A DNA stretch of 64,000 nt from an uncultured Candidatus Binatia bacterium (GCA_965242525.1 OZ251459.1:3424001-3488000); one strand, 5' to 3'. Shown: positions 27,461 through 38,156, counted from the stretch's first letter. Made by a program: numbers and translations. Notes: generated by a model not told the origin, from the letters alone.

Positions 27461-30400
27461 ATGTACCTGGATCGACGACTGCTGACCCACACCCGCGGGG
27501 TGCGCCTGCGCATCGCCGGGGCCGCCTTCCTCGGCCTCTGCGCCGTGGCCGCAGGCATCTCGCGTCTGGCCTTCTCCGGGCTGGTCATCGCCGGCGTCCT
27601 CACCGGCGCCGCCTTCTCGTCGCTGCTTCCCTACCTGGCCGCGGTGGCCGGGTTCATCGCCCTGCGGGCGCTGTTCCAGTACCTGCGGGACATGGTGGGA
27701 CAGGAGACCGCGGCCCGGGTGAAGGCCGGGCTGCACGACAAGTTGTACCGGCACGCCCTGGACCTGGGCCCCGGACACTTCGACCGGGAGCGCACCGGCG
27801 ACGTGCTGGTGTCCCTGGGCGAGGGGGTGGAGCGGCTCCAGGTCTTCTACGGCCAGTTCCTGCCGCAGATGGCGGTGGCTGGGGTCGCGCCGGTGCTGGT
27901 CTTCTTCCTCATGGCTTCCTTCGACGTGGTCATCGGGCTGATCTTCGTGGCCTTCGCCCTGCTCACGCTCATGGCCACGCCGCTGTTCCTGCTGTTCACC
28001 GAGGAGAGCAGCAAGCGCCGGCGCCTTTCCTACGGGGCCTTCAGCGCCGACTTCCTGGACAGCGTCCAGGGCATCGCCACCCTCAAGATCTTCGGCCGGA
28101 GCCGCAGCCAGGGGGAGACCCTGGCGTCCCGGGCGCGCCACCTCTACCGCACCACCATGGGCGTGCTGGCGGTGAACATGGTCTCCGTGGGCGTCACCAC
28201 CTTCGGCATCCTGGGGGGCACGGCCTGCGCCGTGGGCTGGGGCGCCCTCAAGGTGAGCGCCGGCGAGCTGGAGGTGCGCTCGCTGATCGTGATCCTGATC
28301 ATGGGCGCGGAGATCTTCCGCCCCATGCGGGAGCTGATGGTCCTCTACCACCAGGGCATCAACGCCATGGCCGCGGCCGAGGGCATCTTCGCCTTGCTGG
28401 AGACCCCGGCCGCAGTGCGCGATCCCGCGCCGGCCGAAGCCGCGGCGGAGGCCGCCTTCAAGCCCGAGGTCCGCTTCGAGGGGGTGGGCTTCACCTACCC
28501 CCAGGGCAGCCGGCCCGCGCTCCGGGACGTGTCGCTGGAGTTGCGCGCGGGCGAGAAGCTCGGGGTCGTGGGCCCCAGTGGAGCGGGCAAATCGACCCTG
28601 GTGTCGCTGATGCTGCGCTTCGCCGACCCCGGGCAGGGGCGCTTGCTGCTGGGCGGCCGGGACGTCCGCTCCATCCCCCTCCGGGTCCTGCGCCGGCACG
28701 TCGCGGTGGTGGCCCAGGACACCTACCTGTTCTACGGCACCATCGCGGACAACCTGCGCATGGCCAAGCCCGAAGCCGCCCCGGAGGAGTTGGAGCGGGC
28801 CGCCCGGGCGGCCAACGTGCACGACTTCATCGCCGGGCTCCCGCAGGGGTACGAGACCGTGGTGGGCGAGCGCGGCGCCCGGCTCTCCGGCGGCGAGCGC
28901 CAGCGCATCGCCATCGCCCGGGCCATCCTCAAGGACGCCCCGATCCTGGTCCTCGACGAAGCCCTGTCCAGCGTGGACGCCCAGAGCGAGGCGGTGATCA
29001 ACGAGGCCCTGCGGAAGCTCATGGAGGGGCGCACCACGCTCATCATCGCGCACCGCCTGTCCAGCGTCATCCACGCGGACCGCATCCTGGTGCTGGAGCG
29101 GGGCCAAGTGGTGGAGACCGGCAGCCACCGGGCGCTCATCGAGGGCGGCGGAACCTACGCGCGGCTCATGGCCGCCCAGGCCAGGGAGAGCGGCGCGGAG
29201 GCCCTGGCCGAGCGCGAGGCCCCGGTTGCGGACGCCGGGGCCGAGCCCGCCGAACCCGTGGAAGCGCCGGCGGCGCGGACCGCGGACGCCGGGGCGGAGC
29301 CGCTCCCGGCCTTCACCGTGCTGCGGCGGCTGGCGGCGCTGGTGCGGCCGTTCCGGCGCAAGCTCGCGGTGTCGTTCTCCGCGGGCGTGCTGTTCCAGGC
29401 TTCGGTGGTGGGCGCGGGCGCGGCCGGCGCGCTGCTGGTGGGCCAGCTCGTCCGGGGCGAGGACCTGGCCTTCCACCTGGCGCTGCTGGCGTCCATGGTG
29501 GGGATCGCGTCCGTGCTCTCCTGGGCGGACTGCTGGCTGCCCCACGACCTCGCCTACCAGCTCCTGGCCGAGATGCGCATCGACTTCTACGACACCCTGG
29601 ACCCGCTGGCGCCGGCCTACCTGACCCGGCGCCGCTCCGGCGACCTGGTGAGCATCGCCGGCGCCGACGTGGAGACCGTGGAGCTCTTCTTCGCCCACAC
29701 CATCACCCCGGCGTTCATCGCGGTGGTGGTCCCCGCGGGCATCCTCACCGTGCTGGGGTTCGTGGGCTGGCCGCTGATGCTGGCCCTGGCCCCGTTCCTC
29801 GTGCTCCTGGCCCTGTCGCCGTTCCTCGCCCAGAAGCGTTCGGACCGGCTGGGGGGCGCGGTGCGCCGGGAGCTGGGGCAACTCAACGCCCACCTGGTGG
29901 ACAGCGTCCAGGGGATGCGCGAGGTGCTCTCCTTCGGCCATGAGGAGCAGCGGACCGGGTCCGTGCTGGCCCGGAGCCTGCGGCTCGCCAAAGCCCAACT
30001 CGCCTTCCACAGGGACCAGGCGCTCCAGGCCAGCTTCAACGAGGCGGTGACCGGCATCGGCGCCCTGGCGGTGCTCGCCACGGGGGTATGGCTGGTGGGC
30101 CAGCTCCAGATGGACCGGGCGCTGCTGCCGCTGGCCACCGTGCTCGCCCTGCTGGCCTTCGGGCCGGTGACCGACGTGGCCCGCACGGTCAAGGAGCTGA
30201 TGGAGACGCTGGAGTCGGGCCGGCGCGTGTTCGAGGTCAAGGACGAGCCCGTGCCGGTGCGGGACGGGGCCGGCGCGCCGGCCCTGTCGGCCAACGGCGG
30301 CGGCCCGCCGGCCATCCGCTTCGACCGCGTGAGCTTCGGCTACGGCCCGGGCCAAGGCTTGGCGCTGCGGGACGTATGCCTGGACGTGGAGCCGGGGCAG

Positions 30401-31066
30401 ACCGTGGCCCTGGTGGGTCCCTCGGGCGCCGGCAAGACCACCTGCGCCCACCTTCTGCTGCGCTTCTGGGACCCCGCGGCCGGCGCGGTGACGCTGGCGG
30501 GCCGGGACCTCCGGGACTTCACCCTGGACCGCCTGCGGGCGCAGGTCTCGCTGGTGTCCCAGGACACCTACCTGTTCCACACCACCCTGCGCGACAACAT
30601 CCGCCTGGGCCGGCCCGACGCGCCCCCGGACGCGGTGGAGGAAGCCGCGAGGCTGGCCCACATCCACGGCTTCATCGCCCGGCTCCCCGCGGGCTACGAC
30701 ACGGTGGCGGGGGAGCGCGGGGTGCAGCTTTCCGGCGGCCAGCGGCAGCGCCTGGCCATCGCCCGGGCGCTGCTCAAGGACGCCCCCGTGCTGGTGCTCG
30801 ACGAGGCCACCTCGCACCTGGACGCCATCAACGAGGAACTGATCCACCAGGCGCTGGCCCGGTTGGTGCGGGGCCGCACCACCCTGGTCATCGCCCACCG
30901 GCTCTCCACCATCCGGGACGCCGACCGCATCGTCGTGCTGGACTCCGGCGCCGTGGCCGAGCAGGGCGCCCACGACGAACTGCTCCGGGCCAACGGCCTG
31001 TACGCCAACCTGGTCATGACCCAGCTCGTCAGCGCCGGCGCGCCGGACCGGACCGGGGAAGGGTAG
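27461..31066 (+). CDS. Fused double ABC transporter (TMD-NBD-TMD-NBD; CydDC/YbtPQ/IrtAB-like)
   Basis: Two GPSGAGK, two LSGG(E/Q)RQR, two LVLDEA, two IAHRLS motifs, each after a TMD. Confidence 0.9.
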   Translation: MYLDRRLLTHTRGVRLRIAGAAFLGLCAVAAGISRLAFSGLVIAGVLTGAAFSSLLPYLAAVAGFIALRALFQYLRDMVGQETAARVKAGLHDKLYRHALDLGPGHFDRERTGDVLVSLGEGVERLQVFYGQFLPQMAVAGVAPVLVFFLMASFDVVIGLIFVAFALLTLMATPLFLLFTEESSKRRRLSYGAFSADFLDSVQGIATLKIFGRSRSQGETLASRARHLYRTTMGVLAVNMVSVGVTTFGILGGTACAVGWGALKVSAGELEVRSLIVILIMGAEIFRPMRELMVLYHQGINAMAAAEGIFALLETPAAVRDPAPAEAAAEAAFKPEVRFEGVGFTYPQGSRPALRDVSLELRAGEKLGVVGPSGAGKSTLVSLMLRFADPGQGRLLLGGRDVRSIPLRVLRRHVAVVAQDTYLFYGTIADNLRMAKPEAAPEELERAARAANVHDFIAGLPQGYETVVGERGARLSGGERQRIAIARAILKDAPILVLDEALSSVDAQSEAVINEALRKLMEGRTTLIIAHRLSSVIHADRILVLERGQVVETGSHRALIEGGGTYARLMAAQARESGAEALAEREAPVADAGAEPAEPVEAPAARTADAGAEPLPAFTVLRRLAALVRPFRRKLAVSFSAGVLFQASVVGAGAAGALLVGQLVRGEDLAFHLALLASMVGIASVLSWADCWLPHDLAYQLLAEMRIDFYDTLDPLAPAYLTRRRSGDLVSIAGADVETVELFFAHTITPAFIAVVVPAGILTVLGFVGWPLMLALAPFLVLLALSPFLAQKRSDRLGGAVRRELGQLNAHLVDSVQGMREVLSFGHEEQRTGSVLARSLRLAKAQLAFHRDQALQASFNEAVTGIGALAVLATGVWLVGQLQMDRALLPLATVLALLAFGPVTDVARTVKELMETLESGRRVFEVKDEPVPVRDGAGAPALSANGGGPPAIRFDRVSFGYGPGQGLALRDVCLDVEPGQTVALVGPSGAGKTTCAHLLLRFWDPAAGAVTLAGRDLRDFTLDRLRAQVSLVSQDTYLFHTTLRDNIRLGRPDAPPDAVEEAARLAHIHGFIARLPAGYDTVAGERGVQLSGGQRQRLAIARALLKDAPVLVLDEATSHLDAINEELIHQALARLVRGRTTLVIAHRLSTIRDADRIVVLDSGAVAEQGAHDELLRANGLYANLVMTQLVSAGAPDRTGEG

Positions 31067-31147
31067 GGGAACCGGGGCAGGGAGGCATGAGCGCGTCCTT
31101 CGACTCCGCTTCGCTACGCTCAGGACGAACGGAGATACGGGGATATG

Positions 31148-31229
31148 AAAGGTCTTGGAGCAGGCGCCAATCGACAGGAAGGGAACCGGGGGGAAGGACC
31201 TGTAACAGGGGCGGCTACCGCGCTATCAT
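31148..31229 (+). repeat. Family-C promoter-like dispersed module (copy 1 of 4)
   Basis: GACAGGAAG..CCGGG..GAAGG.CCTGTAA(A)CAGGG.CGGCTACCGCGCTATCAT; also at about 32451, 32614 and 45419. Confidence 0.8.
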
Positions 31230-31310
31230 GGCGAAACTCTGAACAATTACCCCGTTCGTCCTGAGCGTAGCGTAGCGAAGTCGAAGGACGCGCTTGTCTC
31301 TATGGTTCCG

Positions 31311-32285
31311 ATGTTCTTCAACGCGAAACTGGCCCGGGTATTGTGGGCGGGGGCGCTCCTCGCGCTGCCCGTCCACGCGCACGCGGTGCGGGTGGTCACC
31401 ACCGTGGCCCCGGTCACCAGCATGGTGGAGAACGTGGTAGGGAGCCGCGCGCGGGTGACCGGCATCGTGCCCGAAGGGGTGAACTCCCACACCTTCCGGC
31501 CGGTCCCGTCCGACGCCCGGACCCTGGCCGAGGCCGACCTCATCGTCCTGAACGGCCTCCACCTGGAAATCCCGGTCCTCAAGCTGGCCCGGGCCAACAA
31601 GCGGCCGGCCGCGCCCATACTGCTGCTCGCCGACCGCACCGTGACCGAGCGCGAACACGTTTACGGCTTCGCCTTCCCCAGGGAGCGGGGACACCCCAAC
31701 CCGCACCTCTGGCTCGACCCGGTCCACGCCATGAGCTACGCCCGTCTGGCGCGCGACGCGCTGGCCGCCATCGACCCCGCGGGGCGGCCGGTTTACCACG
31801 CCAACGCCGAACGCTACCTGGAGCAGTTGCGGGCGCTGGACTCGGCCATCGCCGCGGCGGTGGCCACCGTGCCGGCCGGGAACCGCCGGCTCCTGACCTA
31901 CCACGACTCGTGGCCCTACTTCGCCAAACGTTACGGGTTCACGGTCGTCGGCGCGGTGCAGCCCGCGAACTTCTCCGAGCCGAGCCCGCGGGAAGTGGCC
32001 AGACTCATCGACCAGTTGAAGCGGGAGCGGGCGCCGGCCGTGTTCGGGTCCCGGGTGTTTCCGAGCCCGGTGCTCCGGCAGATTGCCACGGAAGCGGGAA
32101 CCGCCTATATCGACAGCTTAAGGGACGACGCCCTCCCGGGGTCTCCCGGCGACCGGGAACACTCCTACACCGGCATGATGGTCGAGAACGTCCGCGCCAT
32201 GGTCACCGCCCTCGGCGGCTCGGCCGAGGCCCTGAAGGCCGTGGACCCGGCGCCGGTGGCGGGCGCGCACGCCCGCTACCGGTAG
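31311..32285 (+). CDS. Mn/Zn ABC substrate-binding protein
   Basis: VPEGVNSHTFRP, NGLHLE, NPHLWLDP, YHDSWPYFA. Start ATG 31311 (or 31302). Confidence 0.9.
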   Translation: MFFNAKLARVLWAGALLALPVHAHAVRVVTTVAPVTSMVENVVGSRARVTGIVPEGVNSHTFRPVPSDARTLAEADLIVLNGLHLEIPVLKLARANKRPAAPILLLADRTVTEREHVYGFAFPRERGHPNPHLWLDPVHAMSYARLARDALAAIDPAGRPVYHANAERYLEQLRALDSAIAAAVATVPAGNRRLLTYHDSWPYFAKRYGFTVVGAVQPANFSEPSPREVARLIDQLKRERAPAVFGSRVFPSPVLRQIATEAGTAYIDSLRDDALPGSPGDREHSYTGMMVENVRAMVTALGGSAEALKAVDPAPVAGAHARYR

Positions 32286-32470
32286 GAGGGAAGACGGGCG
32301 CCGACGAGCCGGAGAACTCCGAACAATCGGGACAGGGGGCATGAGCGCGTCCTTCGACTTCGCTACGCTACGCTCAGGACGAACGGAGATGGGGGCGAAC
32401 GGGGACAGGACGGTCAGGGCGAGGGAATCCATCCCGGATGTCTCGATTGCCTTGGAGCAGGGGCCATCTG

Positions 32471-32756
32471 ACAGGAAGAAAGCCGGGATGAAGGGCCTGT
32501 AAACAGGGACGGCCACCGCGCTGTCATGCTGTTTGCGGCGGCAGCTACTCCAGGAGCTTCCATACCCCCGTTCGTCCTGAGCGTAGCGTAGCGTAGTCGA
32601 AGGACGCGCTTTTACAGGAAGAAAGCCGGGATGAAGGGCCTGTAAACAGGGACGGCTACCGCGCTATCATGCTGTTTGCGGCGGCAGCTACTCCAGGAGC
32701 TTCCATATCCCCGTTCGTCCTGAGCGTAGCGTAGCGTAGTCGAAGGACGCGCTTTC
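32471..32756 (+). repeat. 143-bp tandem duplication (family-C module plus family-B palindrome)
   Basis: 32471-32613 and 32614-32756 differ at only a few bases. Confidence 0.9.
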
Positions 32757-32878
32757 CCGCAGGGGATGAAGTTCGAGCCGGAATGGATCAGGAGTTCCCG
32801 GGCGCGGACGAGCCCCGCAGCCCGGAGCGGCTTCAGCAGCCCCTTCGGGGCCAAGCGCGGCGGAAAGGAAGGCATCCG

Positions 32879-33910
32879 ATGATCGACGTGGACTACCCCA
32901 TCATCGACGGCGACGGCCATGTGGTGGAGCCGGACGGGGAGATGGCCGAGTACCTGCCGGAACGGTTCCGGCGCATCCCCGGCAACCGCGAGTACTCGCT
33001 GTTCCCGCAGGACGCGTGGGCGTTCGGAGTGGTGGACCCGCACAAGCAGGACGTGCCGGACGCGGCCATGTGGCTGAGCTTCCTGGACGAGGCCGGCATC
33101 AGCGCCACCGTGCTGTACCCCAGCAACGCCGCGGCCGTGGGCATGGTGCGGCGGGTGGAATGGTCGGTGGACTTGGCGCGGGCCTACAACGACTGGCTGC
33201 ACGACAAGTTCCTGCGCCGGAGCGACCGCCTGCTCGGGGTCGCACTGTTGCCGGTGCACGACGTGGCGGCCTGTGTCACGGAGCTGCGCCGCTGCGTCGG
33301 CGAGATGGGCTTCGTGGGCGCGGTGCTGCCGTCCATCTCGTCGCCGCTGATGGCCTACGGCAACCCGGAGTTCGACCCCATCTACGCAACCGCCGCGGAG
33401 ATCGACACCATGATCGCGGTGCACGGCGGCTTCGTGGGCGCCCACAACTTCGCCGACCCGTTGCGGACCTATCGGGAGGTCCGGGCCCTCAAGCACGTGG
33501 TCCCGCTCATGAGCCACGCCACCAGCATGATCTCCCAGGGGGTGTTCGACCGCTACCCGAACCTGCGGGTGGCCTACCTGGAGGCGGGCTGCGGCTGGGT
33601 GCCGTACCTGATGGACGTGCTCGACGAGCAGTTCGAGCGCAAGGGCGCCGGCGACCTCGAGCGCAAGCCCAGCGAGTACCTGATGGACCCCAACGTCTAT
33701 TTCTCCTTCGAGATCGAGGAGCGGACCCTGCCGTTCTTCATCCGGCTCCTGGGCGACGAGAAGCTCGTGTGGCCGTCGGACTACCCCCACGAAAGGGCGC
33801 GGGCGGAGTTCTTCGGCGACCTGCCCGCGTTCTTCGCCCGCGAGGACGTGTCGGCCGATTCCCGGCGCAGGATCCTGTCGGAGAACCCCAAGCGGCTGTA
33901 CCGGCTGTAG
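32879..33910 (+). CDS. Amidohydrolase_2 family protein
   Basis: IIDGDGHVVE, AYNDWL, AVHG, GVFDRYPNLRVAYLEAGCGWVP, SDYPH. Confidence 0.9.
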   Translation: MIDVDYPIIDGDGHVVEPDGEMAEYLPERFRRIPGNREYSLFPQDAWAFGVVDPHKQDVPDAAMWLSFLDEAGISATVLYPSNAAAVGMVRRVEWSVDLARAYNDWLHDKFLRRSDRLLGVALLPVHDVAACVTELRRCVGEMGFVGAVLPSISSPLMAYGNPEFDPIYATAAEIDTMIAVHGGFVGAHNFADPLRTYREVRALKHVVPLMSHATSMISQGVFDRYPNLRVAYLEAGCGWVPYLMDVLDEQFERKGAGDLERKPSEYLMDPNVYFSFEIEERTLPFFIRLLGDEKLVWPSDYPHERARAEFFGDLPAFFAREDVSADSRRRILSENPKRLYRL

Positions 33911-34036
33911 GAGCCTGCCCGAGCGAGCGGGAAATTGTCGGGAGGCGGGCGAACGGGTCCCTTTCGGGTGGGATGACGGGCCCCGGCGGCGCCGGACAGG
34001 GAAGCGAGGCATGGGTAGAAGCGATGAATCCCGAAA

Positions 34037-34146
34037 GGAAACCCTGAACGATTACCCCCGTTCGTCCTGAGCGTAGCGTAGCGAAGTCGAAGGACGCGCT
34101 TTCCCGCAGGGAGAGGGAATTCGAGTCGGAATTGATCAGGCATCCC
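34037..34146 (+). mobile_element. MITE inserted into the 5' end of the metal ABC ATPase gene
   Basis: GAAA duplicated (34033-36, 34147-50); removal restores ATG(34024)-AAT-CCC-GAA-AAG-CAC in frame. Confidence 0.8.
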
Positions 34147-35010
34147 GAAAAGCACACGGACAGGGTCCACCGAGTACACGGGCGGCTCCACGGCCATCCC
34201 CACGGAGCGGGCCGGGAATGGAGCGAGCGGGGGCGGCCCATCGTGGAGTTGGCGGACGTGTCCAGCGGGTACCGGCGCGCCCCGGCCATCGCCCACGTGG
34301 ACCTGAAGCTCTGGCCGGCCCAGTTCCTGGCGGTGGTGGGACCCAACGGCGGCGGCAAGACCACGCTGCTCCGAACCATACTGGGGCGGCTGCGGCCCAG
34401 GGAAGGCCGAGTCACCCTCGACGGGAGACCGGCCAACGGCTCGTCCCCGGCGTCCGTGGGGTACGTGCCGCAACTGGAACAGATCGACATGGGCTTCCCC
34501 ATCACGGTGGAAGAGGTGGTGCTCATGGGCCTGTCGCGGCAACGCCCGTGGTATCGCCGCATCGCGGCCGCGGACCGGGACCGGGCGCGCGAGACCATGC
34601 AGCGGCTCAACCTGCTGGAGCTGCGCCAACGCCAGATCCGGGAGTTGTCCGGAGGCCAGCAACAGGCGGTGTTCATCGCCCGGGCGCTGTTGGGGGACCC
34701 GGAACTGATCCTGCTCGACGAGCCCACCTCCGGCCTGGACATGCGCTCCCGGGACGAACTGGTCCACTTCCTCCACGAGATCAACCACTCGGGCGTCGCC
34801 ATCCTCATCACCAGCCACGACCTCAACTGGGTGGCCGCGCACCTGCCCTGGGTGGTGTGCCTCAACCGGCGCATCATCGCCGAAGGCGAACCCCAGGAGG
34901 TGTTCACCCCCCGGGTCCTGGGCGAGACCTACAAGGGCGAGATGGTGGTGTTCCAGCACCGCGGCATGATCGTGGTGGGCGAGCGGCCCCACTCCCCCAA
35001 CGGCGCATGA
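34132..35010 (+). CDS. Mn/Zn ABC ATPase (original start separated by a MITE)
   Basis: GPNGGGKTT, VGYVPQ, LSGGQQQ, LLDEPT, SHD. Confidence 0.85.
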   Translation: MIRHPEKHTDRVHRVHGRLHGHPHGAGREWSERGRPIVELADVSSGYRRAPAIAHVDLKLWPAQFLAVVGPNGGGKTTLLRTILGRLRPREGRVTLDGRPANGSSPASVGYVPQLEQIDMGFPITVEEVVLMGLSRQRPWYRRIAAADRDRARETMQRLNLLELRQRQIRELSGGQQQAVFIARALLGDPELILLDEPTSGLDMRSRDELVHFLHEINHSGVAILITSHDLNWVAAHLPWVVCLNRRIIAEGEPQEVFTPRVLGETYKGEMVVFQHRGMIVVGERPHSPNGA

Positions 35011-35104
35011 CGCCCGTCTCCATGGGCCCCCCGGCCATGCGCCTCCGCCCGCGGCCTCCGCGCCGGCGGCCCCGCGGCCGCCTCCCCTGCCCCGGAGACC
35101 CCCG

Positions 35105-35923
35105 GTGACGGTCCTCCTGGAGCCGTTCGGCTACGAGTTCTTCCGCAACGGCATGGCCGCCGCGGTCATCGTGGGGGCGGTGTGCGGGTTCGTGGGGGTC
35201 TATGTGGTGCTGAGGCGCATGAGCTACATCGGCCACGGCCTCGCCCACGCGCTCTTCGGCGGCGCGGTCCTGAGCGCCATGGTCGGCATCCACTTCTTCG
35301 TCGGCGCCGGCGTCTGGGCGCTGGTCAACGCCGTGCTGATCCACCTCATCAGCCACCGCCGGCTGGTGGGCGCCGACGCCGCCATCGGGGTGGTGACCAC
35401 ATCCAGCTTCGCCCTGGGGGTGGCCCTGGTCTCCACCTACCGGCGGTTCACCCTGGACTTCGAGGCCGCCCTCTTCGGCAACCTCCTGGGCATCACCGCC
35501 GTGGACCTCTGGGTCATGGCCGCGACCGCCGCGGCGGTGGCCGCGGTGATGGCGGTCATCCGCCGCCAACTCCTGTTCTCGACCTTCGACCCCGAGGTGG
35601 CCCCCGCATACGGCATCTCCACCGGGCGCACGGAGCTCGTCTTCATCCTGGTGCTGGCGGCGACCATCGTGGCCTCCACCCGGGTCCTGGGCGTCACCCT
35701 GGTGTCCGCCGCGGTGGTCATCCCCCCGGTCATCGCTCGTTACCTGACCCGGCGCTTCCGCACCCTCCTGCTCGCGGCCCCGGTCATCGGCGCCCTGTGC
35801 GCGGCCGCGGGCATGTACGCGAGCTACTTCATCGACGTCTCGTCGGGCGCCATGATCGTGCTCACCTTCGCGCTGGCGTTCGTCCTGGCGGGGAGCCGCC
35901 GGTGGCTCCGCAGGAACCCGTAG
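35105..35923 (+). CDS. Mn/Zn ABC permease
   Basis: GVYVVLRRMSYIGHGLAHA, LFGNLLGI, TFDPEVA. Confidence 0.9.
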   Translation: MTVLLEPFGYEFFRNGMAAAVIVGAVCGFVGVYVVLRRMSYIGHGLAHALFGGAVLSAMVGIHFFVGAGVWALVNAVLIHLISHRRLVGADAAIGVVTTSSFALGVALVSTYRRFTLDFEAALFGNLLGITAVDLWVMAATAAAVAAVMAVIRRQLLFSTFDPEVAPAYGISTGRTELVFILVLAATIVASTRVLGVTLVSAAVVIPPVIARYLTRRFRTLLLAAPVIGALCAAAGMYASYFIDVSSGAMIVLTFALAFVLAGSRRWLRRNP

Positions 35924-35982
35924 GCGGGGGGTTTGGAGGGCGCGCCTGCAATCGCGGCGCGATCGTGGTTAGATTGGGGAAA

Positions 35983-36117
35983 GGAACCTCCGAACAATCG
36001 GGACAGGGGGGCGTGAGGGCGTCCTTCGACTCCGCTTCGCTACGCTCAGGACGAACGGGGATAGGAGGGTCAGGGTGAGGCAGTCCATCCCGGATGTCTC
36101 GATTGTTCAGCGGCTCC
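35983..36117 (+). mobile_element. Degenerate MITE with family-B cargo
   Basis: GGAACCTCCGAACAATC...GATTGTTCAGCGGCTCC. Confidence 0.75.
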
Positions 36118-36225
36118 GGAGATAGAAGGAAGGGTCATGTGAGGGAATATGCCCTCACCCATTGTTCGAATGGTCGGAGTTTCCCTGGAACCGGGGAACC
36201 GCGGAACTGCGAATCGGGATACGGA

Positions 36226-36918
36226 TTGGGACTCCTTCGGAACAACGGGAACCGGCTCCGGGCGGGCATCGCCGTTGCGGGCGTCCTTGCCTTGGCCCTT
36301 TGGGCGGGCCTTGCGCGGGCGGATGCAGCGCCACGCCACCGGGAGGACGACCGCCGGACCGTCTCCCGGAACTGGAGCCAGGCGGGGAAGGTCTTGTTCC
36401 ACGCCGAAGTCAGGGAAGGGCTGCCGTCCCGGTCCGAAGGCGCGCTGGAGGTCCGGGTCAAGGACCACCGGAACGCCATCGACGACTTCCGCACCCTCGA
36501 CTTGAGCTTCGGAGCGCTCCGGCTTGCGCCGGAGCCGGGCATGAAGTCCTCGGACCCCGGGTGGTTGGAGCTGGCGCCCCTGCTGGACCGGCTGGATCTG
36601 ACCCGGTACAAGGACGGAACCGCGGCCGCCACCGTGTACCGCCACCGGCTTCGGCCCCGGCGCTTCGCCGCGGTGGACCTGCAGGTGACCGGGGTCCGCG
36701 GGGTGCTCGCGAAGACCGGCGGGGCGGTCCCGGTCAGGAACGCCGTGGGACCCATCCGCCTGGAATTCGAGGTCAAGCCGGACGTCACCACCGCGGTGGT
36801 CCTGGACTTGGAAGTGCTCGACTTGAGCGACCACCCCGGGCGCGGTTACGAGCTCCTGCTCAAGGGGTACGAGCTTTACGAGGATGGCAGGCTGCTGGAA
36901 AGGATACCGCCCGGTTAG
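36226..36918 (+). CDS. Exported hypothetical protein, DUF4382-like
   Basis: Hydrophobic signal (IAVAGVLALALWAGLARA); AIDDFRTL, LDLTRY, VVLDLEV pattern. Start uncertain. Confidence 0.6.
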   Translation: MGLLRNNGNRLRAGIAVAGVLALALWAGLARADAAPRHREDDRRTVSRNWSQAGKVLFHAEVREGLPSRSEGALEVRVKDHRNAIDDFRTLDLSFGALRLAPEPGMKSSDPGWLELAPLLDRLDLTRYKDGTAAATVYRHRLRPRRFAAVDLQVTGVRGVLAKTGGAVPVRNAVGPIRLEFEVKPDVTTAVVLDLEVLDLSDHPGRGYELLLKGYELYEDGRLLERIPPG

Positions 36919-37069
36919 GGAACCTCTGAACAATCGAGAAATCCAGGATGGTCCAGGATGGATTCCCGATTCCCTCGCCCTGACGCCCCTATCCCCGTTC
37001 GTCCTGAGCGTAGCGAAGCGGAGTCGAAGGACGCGCTCATGCCCCCTGTCCGGATTGTTCAGAGGTTCC
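36919..37069 (-). mobile_element. Intact 151-bp MITE, perfect 17-bp TIR, TTAG target duplication
   Basis: TTAG(36915-18) GGAACCTCTGAACAATC ... GATTGTTCAGAGGTTCC TTAG(37070-73). Confidence 0.92.
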
Positions 37070-37233
37070 TTAGGAGCCTGCCCCGGTAAGCGAATGGCAG
37101 CGAAAGGCAGAGGACCGGGGGGAGGCAGCCCCGGAAGGCGTTTGCTCCGACAGACTCCCGGCCTGTGCCGGAGCGGAGGCGGACGGGCGGCCGGAAGCGC
37201 GGGGGAAGTTCGGGGCGGGGCGGAGGAGCAACG

Positions 37234-37884
37234 GTGACGCGACGACGATTGGTGGTGCAGGTGACCGTGGGGGCGGTCCTGTCCCTGGTGCTGGCGGGGC
37301 TGGTGGTCCACCAGCTCCGCACGCCCCCGGAGGCACAGCGCCAACCCGCGCTGGAGCAACTGGCCCGGTACGGTCCCGCGCCCCGGTTCTCCCTCGTGGA
37401 ACGGAGCGGCAGGCCCGTGTCGGCCGGCGACCTCCGGGGCCGGGTGTGGATCGCGGACTTCATCTACACCGAGTGCAAGGACACCTGTCCGCTCCAGAGC
37501 CGCGCCATGGCCGCGCTGCAGGCGGACCTCCGGTCCTACGAGGACCTCCGCTTGGTGTCCGTCACCGTGGATCCGCTCACGGACACCCCCGAGACGCTGG
37601 CGCGGTACGCGAACCGGTACGGCGCCGACCCGGAACGCTGGCTGTTCCTCACCGGCGGCCTGGAGGAGATCCGGCGCATGGTGCAGGACGGCTTCCGCCT
37701 GAGCGCGACGCCCGCGGGCGGCGGGACCCCGGACCCGGTGGTCTTCCACAGCGCGCGCTTCGTGCTGGTGGACCGCACCGGCGAGATCCGCGGTTACTAC
37801 GACAGCAACGACCCGGAAGCGTTGAAGCGTCTGCGCGAAAACGCCCGCGGCCTGCTGGCCGGGGACGCCCCGGGAAAGCGGTGA
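37234..37884 (+). CDS. SCO family copper chaperone
   Basis: N-terminal TM; FIYTECKDTCP, VTVDPLTDTPE, WLFLTG, HSARFVLVD. Confidence 0.92.
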   Translation: MTRRRLVVQVTVGAVLSLVLAGLVVHQLRTPPEAQRQPALEQLARYGPAPRFSLVERSGRPVSAGDLRGRVWIADFIYTECKDTCPLQSRAMAALQADLRSYEDLRLVSVTVDPLTDTPETLARYANRYGADPERWLFLTGGLEEIRRMVQDGFRLSATPAGGGTPDPVVFHSARFVLVDRTGEIRGYYDSNDPEALKRLRENARGLLAGDAPGKR

Positions 37885-37910
37885 CCTCCCAGGATGCTTG
37901 GGGAACCATG

Positions 37911-38136
37911 GGAACCTCTGAACAATCGAGACATCCGGGATGGATTCCCGATTCCCTCACCCTGACGCCCCTATCCCCGTTCGTCCTGGGCGGAGCGGAG
38001 ACCCCCGTTCATCCTGAGCGTAGCGTAGCGGAGTCGAAGGACGCGCTTGTGCCCCCTGTCCGGATTGTTCAGAGGTTCCTGTGAACAATGATCCTCGTTC
38101 GTCCTGAGCGTAGCGTAGCGAAGTCGAAGGACGCGC
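37911..38136. mobile_element. MITE (37911-38079) plus adjacent family-B copy
   Basis: Same 17-bp TIRs; further B copy at about 38096-38136. Confidence 0.85.
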
Positions 38137-38156
38137 TTCCTGGGAACATCGAGTCC

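Noticed and set aside
27296-30973. 1225-aa antisense ORF and similar long shadow ORFs (23757-25598, 41773-43674, 47433-49772, 61161-63935)
   Set aside because: Expected shadows of GC-rich genes on the opposite strand or frame; no recognisable motifs.
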